Made by a program: the position numbers and the translations under genes. The notes under the pieces were generated by a model. The model saw only the letters and a list, made by a program, of their open reading frames with translations, searched no databases and was not told the origin of the DNA. From the NCBI GenBank assembly GCA_040285855.1, contig JAUFOQ010000005.1, forward strand, positions 2,294,001 through 2,358,000: a stretch of DNA of 64,000 nt, written 5' to 3'. Positions 26,325 to 36,994 of this stretch are shown here, one piece after another; positions within the stretch are counted from its first letter, which is position 1, and each line of letters opens with the position of its first letter. Origin of the DNA: Eukaryota sp. GEM-RC1 (taxonomy: Eukaryota).

Positions 26325-27213
26325 CATAGTTGCGAATCACAAATTTTTGTGATGTGATTTTGTGATGTGATTGTTGTGACATGTAATTATTTAGATTTTA
26401 TATTACCTTGAGTTTTTTACTATCATAAACAATGTTAAGTACATGAGTTCGGCTCACCAATTTAAACAAACAAAAATTATTTGGTACCCAATATGGTAAT
26501 CTTCCTTCAAAACTATGAAATTGTAAAAACAAACAAATAATACTAAGATTAAATCCAAACGACTTCAACACCAGGCGGTAAGAGGTGACGTTTTTCAACA
26601 TTAACCTTCACACCAAACTTGTACAATTTCTCAATTAATCCAGAGAAATAGAAAGGCATATTCCGATATATGGAAAATACAATACGATAAAAATCACTAA
26701 TTTATGAGATAGAAGTAAATTTAATATCGGAACTCAATGAGCAATTAATGCATGTTTTTTTTAAAAATAAATGTCTTAATATTCCCCATCTATCTTAGAC
26801 TCTAGGTATTCAAAACAAATCTGAGACTCCAAAAAAAGAACATACTAGTAACTATACATCCGCAAACTTCCTTGAGTAACTGCGTTTAGGTTACGATTGG
26901 AGAGTTACGAAATCTGATATCCCATTTGGAAAGTCAAATTGAAGCACTCTGATTTTATTGTTCAAAGGTCGGATTTGGAATATTATCGGACCTTACTGCC
27001 AAAAGCTCCAAAGGTCTTCCACATCGAGAAATTAAGAGTAAGAATAAGACGCTTACTTCAGTGGTTACATATCATTAACTTTCCAGAATAAATTTTGTTC
27101 AATCATTGTGATGTTGTGATGTTAATTCACAAATATCACCAAAATATTGCTTGTGATGTGATTGTTGTGACTCACAAAAACACAAAGTCAATTTTTTGTG
27201 ATTCGCAACTATG
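26325..27213. mobile_element. Non-autonomous hAT element related to the autonomous copy at 51468-54240
   Basis: Perfect 19-bp TIR CATAGTTGCGAATCACAAA, perfect 8-bp TSD TTGTAAAG, subterminal tgtgatgtga repeats. Confidence 0.95.
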
Positions 27214-27648
27214 TTGTAAAGTTATCTACTATACAATTTAGACAATTAACAGATACGGTTGAGATACGATCACTGCTAAGTCTCAATCCATTACATTGTG
27301 TTGTCTAAATCTCTTCAGTACATTACATGCTCCACCGGTACATATTCCAACACTAACGCTTGAAAGACTAAAATAGTCTCAGTTGTTTGTACGTGAATTA
27401 AGCATTCGGATCCAATTCTTGGAGTCTTTCAATCAGTTCTACTCACGTGTACTTTCATTACTTATTCAAATTTTCAAATATTCAATTCGCAGGATACTTG
27501 CAATAGTTTGTTTAGTGTCTCACTAATTCTAGCAGGAACACAAGCATGTTAACCAGAAGTGACGTGTATGTATCAGAGTTTAGTAGACAATACATTCGAG
27601 ATTAAGAGATTGAATGTGTAACTTCATCAAATCAAGTGGTAACCCCAA

Positions 27649-28759
27649 ATGTCTGAATCTCCAGCATCTCCCCCACCAGTAGCTTCACAACCGTCAGTAG
27701 CTTCACCAGCCCTGTCTTATGGTATCCATTTGTTCTCCTTTTCATGTTTTCAGGGGTTCTTCTTCTTCCTATATTTACTTCTTGATCACGAATTCTCCTG
27801 GTTCTTAGTTCCCTATTATGGCTGGTTAATCGGCCTCATTTGTCACTTAAACTCTTTGACCTTCAAATCACATCCATACGGTCTTTCCAACTTCTTCTCT
27901 GTCCTAATAAGTCTCAACATGATGATCGCTCTATTACACCCAGATCAGCTTTACCCAACAATCATCTTCATGTCTCTTCTTCTACCGATGGGTCTCAGTT
28001 CCTGCTCAATCAATGCTCCCTCGCATCTCAGTAGTACCTTTGTATCACTCACTTTTGGTCTATTGGGCTTCATGATATCAATTTCCCTTGCAATCTCGCT
28101 TTCCTCTCTAATTCCTTTAATCTTTGTCTTTCCCTCTATCTTCTTTTCAGGACTTTTTTTCTTTTCCCTCTCAAAGGCTGAGCCAGGATCCTATGTACTT
28201 ACTTTTTGGGCGATAGTTTTTTCATTTGCTTTCTTTTCACTTGGTTTTTTAACAGTGCTTAGATCTTTTGACAGTAGTTATGATTTGCTGATATTTTATT
28301 TACCACTGTTTTACCTATTGGTTTGCATTCCTGCTACTGCTGATTTTTCAATTATTAATCTTTTTGTTGTTATTTTAAATTTTGGTTTACTAATTTTTCC
28401 AATTATTGCTGTTGAACCTTTTAGTCACCGTAAAGAATCTCTTTTTGGATTCCTATTTGAATATGTTTTCTATGTTCCAGGATTAATTATTGCTAGGCTT
28501 TTGATTAATATGTTCATTAAAAAAGATTTTATTAAAAAGAAGAAGCATTAGCCCAAGTTAAAGCTAAAAAAGAACTAGATGACAAACCCAAAAGGAAGTT
28601 GATGACGAGTCTAGTGACTCTTCAGAAACTGTCGAATCAACTGAATCCAGTGACGTTGTGATCCCAATCAATCACGACATGCATCACGACATCAATATTG
28701 TTCCTATTTATAATGTTGATTGTGATTTGGAAGCTCCTCCTTTATTTTCTAATAAATAA
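27649..28759 (+). CDS. Multi-pass membrane protein of unknown function
   Basis: About 9-10 hydrophobic segments. Shifts in A-runs near 28540 and 28590 extend it through an acidic tail to the TAA at 28757-28759. Confidence 0.7.
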
Positions 28760-28844
28760 TAATAATAACTAAATTTCATTAAAGAATCTTAAACTTTAGT
28801 AATGTTACTACTGGTAGTTGATAAGGAAATAGTTAACTGATCTA

Positions 28845-29765
28845 CTCTAATTAACCTAATACTAGCCCTGCCCTATTACTAGCCCTTCCCTAATACTAGC
28901 CATGAAGGTGCAGGCTAGTAAAATGCCTAATACTAGCCCCCCCTTTTCGAAGTAGTTTAATGGTTCTAGATTTGAGTGCGATTTATACAGTTTTCTGTCT
29001 TGTATTGTTCATCACTTTTGCAAGGACAGTTTTGAACGGGCGTGTAACGAATGGATGAAATGTCAACGAATTGTGTTCCCAAACAAAGTAACAAATGACA
29101 CCTTTGACAACAACGAAGGCGAACCTAATGACGTATCAGATCAAGATCAACAAGATACATTAAGAAACTAATGGTGTACTTGTTAGTTTTGTTACGCAAC
29201 CCAAAAGATAGTCAATTATTAGGGAGAATATTCTTGTAGTGAGACTGATTCGTCACAACTGATGAAGGGCTAAACAGACGTCATTACCTTGAGTTATAGA
29301 AAAACACCAATGATCGTCATCATACATTTACAAAATATTTTTTGACTCCTCATCTTATAGTACTAGTAAGCAAGCTTTCTCTCTTAATGTTTGCCACGTG
29401 GAACATGGATATGGTCTAATTAACAGTTCTCACATTTTAACTACATGCGTCGTTGAAAACGTGTATTCTTGGGAAACTGAACCGAATGAAATACACGAGA
29501 AGTGTAACTGATAACTGTGTAGAACTGAAGCAAATGAGACAAAGAAACACCTTTTATTACTGAAATTGTATGTTAGCAGTGGTTTGCTTGATCATAAGAA
29601 GCACTAGTTTACAGGCAGTTGTTGATATGAAAAAATTACTAGCCCATACCTAATACTAGCCTCCCCATTACTAGCCCTGCCCTATTACTAGCCTTTCCCT
29701 AATACAGGCCTAGGCGGGGTAGGCTAGTAACGGTTTTGCGCAGGCTAGTATTAGGTAAATTAGAG
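28845..29765. mobile_element. pogo/Tc2-like non-autonomous DNA transposon
   Basis: 23-bp TIR CTCTAATT(A/T)ACCTAATACTAGCC with one mismatch, TA on both sides, many subterminal cctaatactagccc repeats. Confidence 0.85.
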
Positions 29766-30809
29766 TAACTGATTCTAGTTGATATTCGGTTATCTGCCTT
29801 GTTATAAATAATGTAAAGGTGGTTTAAAGATTTTAATGCCTTTCGAAAACCCTTTCCTTTTTTGTACTACCAGAAACACATCAGAATCCGTTGCTTTGAT
29901 TACCCACACAATAAAGTTGTTACAAAAGTGTTTAATTTTGGAATATTTAAAAACAATTTGAAAATTTGAGGACTAAGTCCGAACCACTTAAAACAAGGTC
30001 CAAGATTACCTTTTTCTTCATTTATAAGGTATCTCATCAAACTAGAAAAAAGAAGGACTTCTATTTATTTCTGCGCTTCTTATGCATCAATTCTCTACGT
30101 CCTTCGAGGGTCATTTGGTGGACTAATCCATCGAAATGGAGAAAGCAAAAAGCACCATGAAAAAAGCACTAATGCGCACCATGGCTTATGTATACTTAAG
30201 TATATTTAGATGAACAAAAGACCTGAGACTGCTTCGAATTTATACAATTGTCAAGGTATTAAACGATCTCAGTGTTCATTTGGAAAACAATAAATGTCAT
30301 ATAAAGACCTTATAAAGAGAAATTTAACTAAAACAAAGTTCCTCAAAAGTTTTTTTTTGGAGTTTTACCCCAAACCAAAGTTTCCAAACCAGTTTGTAGT
30401 ACATAGACCTAAAAATCGAAACTTTAGTCTTCCGGTACATTCTGTTAAACTTCTTACTAAGTTCTGAACACAAATTTCCAAACAAAATTAAAACCAACTT
30501 AGTAGAAGACCCGAAATTTCCGTATACCACGAGGTATTCGAAAAAAACGACTGAATGAAATAATATGAGATGGCATAATATGAGTATGTGTTTTTGACAC
30601 CATAAATTTGGGAGCAGCTGGTTGGTCTGTATGCCCTTAGACCTTTGAAGGACGATGAAGTTTTCTTGTCTGACGATGGGTACTTCCCTAAGGACAGGAA
30701 TGTCATTCCTTGGTTTAAGTAAGTACAGTATTTAGTTTTGTTTTATTCTGATTCTTTTGAATCTTTAAATAAATTATATTAATTATCAAGAATTGATAAA
30801 CATGTGTAG

Positions 30810-30884
30810 AATCTTAGTATTATTTGTTTGTTTTTTCAATTTCATAGTTTGTAGAAAGGTTACCTTATTGGGTGCCGAATAAAC
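30810..30884 (+). mobile_element. 3'-UTR-only copy of CRE-like subfamily C
   Basis: aatcttagtattatttgtttg...ggttacctta..gggtgccgaataaa matches 19788-19867. Confidence 0.65.
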
Positions 30885-31427
30885 ATCTCTCTGTGTAGAT
30901 GCAAACATTGGTGTCCTATGAAATGATAAAAGTAGTGATACAGAAATGACGGTCCTTTTGGAGTGTGAAACTGGTACAGTCTGATCAAATTAATTGGGAT
31001 GGATACAGATTGTTTTGTACTCGCATATTTCTATCTGTTGAATATCGAGGCTGAATTAGGAGGGATAAGTGGACAGTTGGTCCCTCAGTTGGTATCTCCT
31101 CAAACTAGTGAACTAACTAGTGAACTAACTAGTGAAACGTGATGCCACGAAAGGCTGTAAGACAATATTTGTGTGTCTTATTGAATTTAATCTTGAGATT
31201 GTAGTACAGTAGTTGTATTAATTCAACTAATCTTTTAATTCAACTAATGTTTTAATTCAACGGGGAAAAACTGAACCTATTATTATAGTACATTGTAGTA
31301 ATTTTTTCAAGTGTAAAGAATGTTGAATAATGTTTAATACGAGCAATCTTTCAGAATACACAGGATTTACAAACTATAAACTGATAAGGAATCCAATATT
31401 TTAAATATTGGTATTTTCCACTCTAAT

Positions 31428-34099
31428 CTAGTCGAAGTATTCCCGTTCACCAGAAGGAGAAGGTAAAATTCGAGTCAAAGTGGTCAATAATTCAGATTTA
31501 GAGAATGGCTTTCCCATAAACTCAGTCATACCAGATGCCAAGCACTCTTGCTTAGTTGATTCTAAGACATCAGCAGTTAATCCAACAATAGGAACACCTT
31601 GCAGCTTGACATGTTCTTCAAATCTTCTAATTTTTATAGCGGCGGTTGGACCTGAAACTGAAGTTAAAACAAAGAAAATAACAAACCTGGCATATGATAG
31701 TCGAGAAAAACAACATCAAATTTGATTGGTGATTGACAGTAACAAGAAACGGCAGACTGACCGTCATCAACAGTAGTACAATCAACGTTAAGTTGTTTCA
31801 TCATGAATCTAATTGTTGTTCTATTGATTGGATTATCATCGGCAACCAATACGTGATATCGTTCAGCATTTGATGGTTTTAAAGCGTCATAGTCTTTTGA
31901 AGTCAAGCGACTTACTGGGTGATCGAATAAAATACAAAGGTATTCGTGATAAACTAAAGGCAAACTGAAGCAGTATGAAACAATTGATCTTACTTCGGCA
32001 GAAATCGATCCTCGTGATGCAGAATCAAAAATCAAAGTGATTTTGAAGTGATCAAAAAGTTGGTGATTCTGAATTAAAGAAAGGAAAACTTGTTGGCAAT
32101 TTAAATGTACCAGAATAGCTTTCGGTTTTGATTCAATCATTTTTTCAATTATTTCCTTGTTGATTGAGTAAAAAATCAGAGCTGTACAGTTTAAACTTTC
32201 AAGCTGCTTTTCCAAATTTTCAGCTTGTTTTTCCGATTTAATAAAAACAAACACGGTAGTTTTTGGATAGTGTTTGCTGGTCTCACAACTAGAAACTCTA
32301 GGCAAGGACAAATCAAACCAAAAAACTGAGCCCTTTGATTGCTCGCTTTCAAATTTGATTTCCGACCCCATGATTCTGGCAAGTCTATCAGATATTGATA
32401 ATCCAAGACCAGTTCCTTTTGAGTTTTGAGTTCGATCTTGAGAAAAAGGTTGAAACATGATAGGAACAAATTCTGGCTTGATACCGATGCCAGTATCTGT
32501 CACAGTAAATCTGATTGGTGACGTCATTACGCCATGAGGGTCAATCAAACAGGCAGAAACCATGACATAACCTGCTTGGGTGAATTTGATGGCATTCCCG
32601 ACTAAATTTGTAATAATTTGCCGTATTCTAGTTTGATCTCCAGTAAAAAGATTGTCCAAATTAGGATCCAAAAAGTACAGAAAAGGAAAGTCTTTTGTTT
32701 GAATCAAACCCCCTCGAAATGGTCCAATGATGTCATCCATCATATTTGAAATTTTAAAAGTTTGAAATTCAAGTGCAATTTTGCCAGAAACTATTTTTGA
32801 AAAATCCAAAATATCATTAATCAAACTCAAAAGAGAATTACTTGAAGTCTCGATGATGCTAATCATTTCTGATTGAACAAGATCTAACTGAGTGTCTTTT
32901 AAAACTGATACTAGTCCAATAATGCACGTTAATGGTGTTCGGATTTCATGCGAAGTACTGGAAAGAAACATTGTCTTGGCATTATCAGCAGTTTTAGCAT
33001 TTTCTGATGCCTTGATTAGTTCTATTTCCTTCAGCTTGAGATCGGTGATCTCCTTTATCACGACAACCACGCGATTAGGAGAATTGTGAGTTCGAATAAC
33101 GTCAATAAAGTAAAATTCATTGGTTTTTGTTTGAAATTCTCCATGAAATCTTGCAGTTGAATTTTGCAACTCGAAAATACCATCAATATCTCTTAAAGAA
33201 AACTTTTCCGCTATTATTTTTCTTAAATCTTGAAAAGTAAGGGAACAATGACAATTCTCCAGATAATGACATTTTGGTACAAACCCCATTTCAATAGATT
33301 TTTTGTTAAAAGTAATTAACATTTCTTCTTCAAACACCAATACACCATCTAAAAGATTGTCAATAGTATCGCGCAACCTTTGATGGGCAACTTCTATTTT
33401 GGTGACGTCTCTTACAGTTCCTAATACTTTGTCTTCAATTTTAGGATCAGACTCTAAGTAAACAATTACTGTTTGAAGTTGACCAGAGAAACTTTCCAAA
33501 GTCAATGTGGTTTCTATAGGTACCTTAGTACTAGCAACACTGTGTAGAGTGGCAAGAAACTCTTCTCTAAGGGGGTTTCTGATGGAAGAAAGAAAGTCAG
33601 ACCATTGGAAAGAGGCAGGATTTCCACCCAGCAACTCTGAAATGAAGTGATTCATCAAGGCAGTGTCTGAAGGAAGATGCACACTGAATAAGCCAATTTT
33701 AGCAACAGAAAGAGAGACCTTCAGAAGTTCAACATCGAAGTCAGAAAAAGCCAAACGATCTTGTGTTTTGTCCTCAGCAACAGCTATACAAATTCCATCA
33801 GGTAACCAAGTTAAAACAGTCCATTTGAACCACAGAACAGTTGAAGTTTTGGTGATGAGTCTACCTTCAATTAATGAATCAAATTTCTTTTCTGTTGCTC
33901 TTCTAGCAACTTGTCTAAGGATATTTCTGTCTTCAGGATGGGAGAAATGTCCCACTGGTGAGCCTATAACTGCTAGTCTGTCGTATTGAAGTCTTGATAT
34001 GAATCTGGTGGATGCCTCGACAACAATGAGGTCCGAAGAAAAAGCGACCACAAAAGCAGGGGAATCCCTAATCCAATCTAATGAAAGCGTTGAAGCCAT
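31428..34099 (-). CDS. Hybrid sensor histidine kinase (PAS-like x2-3, HisKA, HATPase_c, degenerate REC, REC), two exons
   Basis: H-box TSHEIRTPL, N-box QIITNLVGNAIKFT, G1 DTGIG, G2 GTGLGL, receiver VLVADDN...FLDYHMP. After the 29-nt intron it continues VSGPTAA...PIVGLTAD...SGMTEFMGKPF...YFD*. Confidence 0.92.
31658..31686 (-). other. 29-nt spliceosomal intron
   Basis: gtttgttattttctttgttttaacttcag. Removing it restores the receiver domain. Confidence 0.85.
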
Positions 34100-34280
34100 T
34101 GATGGTGTTAGGATATCTTCTGGGTTACAGTTAACTCTGGATAAGTCGAATCTCTCATCATCTCGAACACTTTGTCCCCTCCTTTCGTGTCGAATTTATG
34201 ACAAATCTCTCGACAAGTCCTATCAGGTTATCGAGAGATTTTGCAATTGCTATATATGCTTCACCATAAGTATAGAACCA

Positions 34281-34787
34281 TACTTGGGTATCACACTTTT
34301 TTGTGATGAGATATTTGTGAGTGATTTTTGCGTTGCTTGTGGGTGTAGAAGTATCCAAAATATGGCGTTATATACTAATTGAAGGATAAACTTGATCAAT
34401 TCTAACTATTGTGGGTGTATTTATACGTTTTACATGGCTCAATCTGAATTTCTCTTGTATGAGACGGTTCTCTGATAGTGGTTATGTTGTTGTAGTGGGA
34501 CCACATGTAGTAGAATCGTGTAATTTCAAAAATCTACTATTAGATCTTAAGTTTCTGTTTTACATCCATAGAGGTTTTTTCCTATAAAGGTTCCCTCTCA
34601 TTGTATGTCCTTTCTCAATAGCGCACAAAGACCAACACTGTTGAATGAAGATTAGTATTATCTGCATTTGTGATGTGATATACCTCAATTATCAGTGATG
34701 TGACATATCACCTGTGATGTGATGTTGTGATGTGATATGTGTGCATCGCATGTATCACAAAATGAAAAAAAGTGTGATACCCAAGTA
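34281..34787. mobile_element. Non-autonomous element with TIRs resembling the local hAT family
   Basis: 22-bp inverted repeat TACTTGGGTATCACACTTTTTT and tgtgatgtga subterminal repeats. No 8-bp TSD was found. Confidence 0.75.
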
Positions 34788-35039
34788 CAAATTTTTAAGC
34801 ACTAGTGAAATGAATTTCGATGATTTTATGTTCATAAATTGTATAAACACACCATTCTATTTCTTTTAAATATTGTACAACATTCAAAAATGTCATGGGC
34901 TGAAACTTATACAACATTTGGATGATTCAAAAAATACATCTATTGAGTGTTGGTGTTTGAGCTGAAGTTCAATCTCCCAAACCAATCCTTTTAATATCCA
35001 CGACAAGTGGAATCTTGAAGCGTAGATCAGAACACGATG

Positions 35040-35745
35040 CAGTTTTTCTGTGCATTTTTACAAGACATGAGTAGTTCTACTCTCATTACTCAATTGCCAG
35101 GGAGATATATTTGCAATCTAAAAGATCATGAATGGTTTGTTAACATGAGACTTCGTTTAGGTTTTTGGCCATTTTCTTTTGTTACAGAACTGCATTTGTA
35201 TCTGTAAAAACAAACATAAGGCTAGCTTTCATCATGTGTTCATTTGTTCAAAGTTCATATATTGTCGTTCAATTTTGCACAACAGTCTTCGAGATACATG
35301 TTTGGAAATGTTTAAGGCGAGTGGTTTCCATAGCAAAGTTGAACCATTACTTTATCATCTTTCAGATCACCCTGATTCTACTCAGAATCGTGGTGGTTTT
35401 ATTGGCCATTGGTTGTAATGCGAAATTGTGGTTGATTCTGCGACTGTTGACTATTGCAAAGCTTCAACTATTGCCATTATTTTGAATACTTCAAATAATC
35501 CATTGAATGACGCTGAGAACGTTAAAGTGTCAAAGTACGTACATCACGTTGCTACATTGAATTCACGAAGACACAATAATATTGCCTTTCAGCCTTTTCC
35601 AGTTTCTTTGTATGGAAATTTCAGTGTTGTGTTTCTACCAAGGAGTTTAGATTTGTTCCATAAAGACTGTAATTGTGAAAAAAAGGAGTTTAGATTTGTT
35701 CGGATTGTTTGGTTAGTCGCTTTACTGTACAGTGAAGTGGTCAAA
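35040..35745 (+). mobile_element. Decayed CRE-like retrotransposon RLE region
   Basis: NMRLRLG, CICKN..ASFHHVFIC, LHNSLRD, KVEP, VDSATVD, AENVKVSKY, FQPFPVSLYGNF, spread across shifted frames. Confidence 0.8.
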
Positions 35746-35763
35746 TAAGAACCTTGACAAAAA

Positions 35764-35836
35764 TGCTCCAACAGAGATTCGAACTCTGGACCTTTCCCTT
35801 ACTAAAGGAATGCTCTACCAACTGAGCCATTGGAGC
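35764..35836 (-). tRNA. tRNA-Thr(AGT)
   Basis: GCTCCAA/TTGGAGC acceptor stem, GCTC/GAGC D stem, TTCCT-TTAGTAA-GGGAA anticodon arm, CAGAG-TTCGAAT-CTCTG T arm. A T5 Pol III terminator follows directly (35759-35763). Confidence 0.95.
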
Positions 35837-35839
35837 GGT

Positions 35840-36319
35840 CAATTTTGCAAGTTCAGGCCTTTTTTAGACGTAATGCTGTGTTCAATTATTGAACTATTGA
35901 CAAGGAGTTCATCCTAAGTCTTTATTTCTTGTTTAATTATTGCTTTAAAGAAGCTACAAAATCATTTATTAAAATATGTTGAATGTTTGGCTTTTACAGT
36001 TCGCCTTAACAAAAAAATCCAGCTTTCGGTAATTATTTAATTAGTTCCATTTGCCTTTTTAATTTTTTGGTAATATCGGCCCAGCCGGTTTCCAAGTTTT
36101 TCAACGATTTTAGTCTTTTATACCGTTCCAATGGCAAGGTGTTTAATAGTGCTGTATGGATTAATCGAATTATGTTTGCTTTTTATAGAAGCATTCCCAA
36201 GTATTTATGTTCCATTGATTCGAAGTTGTATAGGGACAATTCTCGTGTTGATATGGAGAACTTAACTTCTTTGATTTTCTGAATTAGTATGTATTAATTT
36301 ATTGTTGCAAATAAACTCT
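35840..36319 (+). mobile_element. Internally deleted or composite CRE-like fragment ending in a subfamily A 3' end
   Basis: ALKKLQNHLLKYVECL..KNPAFGNYL at about 35940-36040. 36068-36319 is nearly identical to the reverse complement of 18657-18910. Confidence 0.8.
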
Positions 36320-36994
36320 GCATTTTAAAACTATTTGCATAATCTGAATTGTCTGAAAGAAGAAAGACCTTGGCATGACCTAAAACAATGGAATTTGTCC
36401 AGCTGTTTTGCTGTTTGAGCTTAGTTCTTCGCTTCAACTTGAAAAAAACAGTCTTGAGCTCAAGGTTCGTGAGTGATCACGTGATCACGTGATAGGTGTT
36501 TGAGATAGACAGAGGCTAATCCAAATCTTAATTAATCTAACTAAATGGACCTCTTAACTTTGATTAAACGGGGTTGAGAGGTCCACAATTCAAATCTCTG
36601 TTAGTGCCATTGAATTCTGGGCTAAACTAGTGCTTCAGAATGTCTAAATAATCTTCCAGAACATATTTAAATATTTAACACATCATCGTATTTATTCATT
36701 ACTTACGAGATTGATAAACCGACAAAAACAATATAAGTGATTACAAAATCACGTGATGGTTCTGTCTAATTATTGAGAAGAATAACTTTCAAAGCTTCAT
36801 ATGTCAAACTTAGTTACAAGGAGAAAAAACACAGTATTATCCAGGATTTGTCAATCAAAAATAATTGACTTCGAAAGTAATGAAAAATCGTTAACTCAAT
36901 CACGTGTGCTATCACGTTTACAATAAATGAGAAAGGAAGAATTATCAGTAGAAAACAACTTGATTTTAACAACTTTTTTAACAACAATTGCATT

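Noticed and set aside
28845..29765. CRISPR-like array from repeated cctaatactagccc units, and similarly the tcacatcaca runs
   Set aside because: Spacing is irregular, there are no unique equal-length spacers, and the units sit just inside TIRs as transposase-binding subterminal repeats.
31103..31260. Short tandem repeats (aactagtgaact x3, a 17-mer x2.5; also ttaatacctga at about 59830)
   Set aside because: Low-copy slippage repeats with no telomeric or functional signature.
31428..34099. Bacterial contamination as the source of the histidine kinases
   Set aside because: Both copies carry a GT-AG intron of the host type and lie among eukaryotic genes.
33663..34382. Antisense ORFs over real genes (for example 33663-33989, 52375-52764, 49893-50252, 60026-60418, 63545-63817)
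   Set aside because: Shadow frames of the opposite-strand coding sequence with no independent protein signature.
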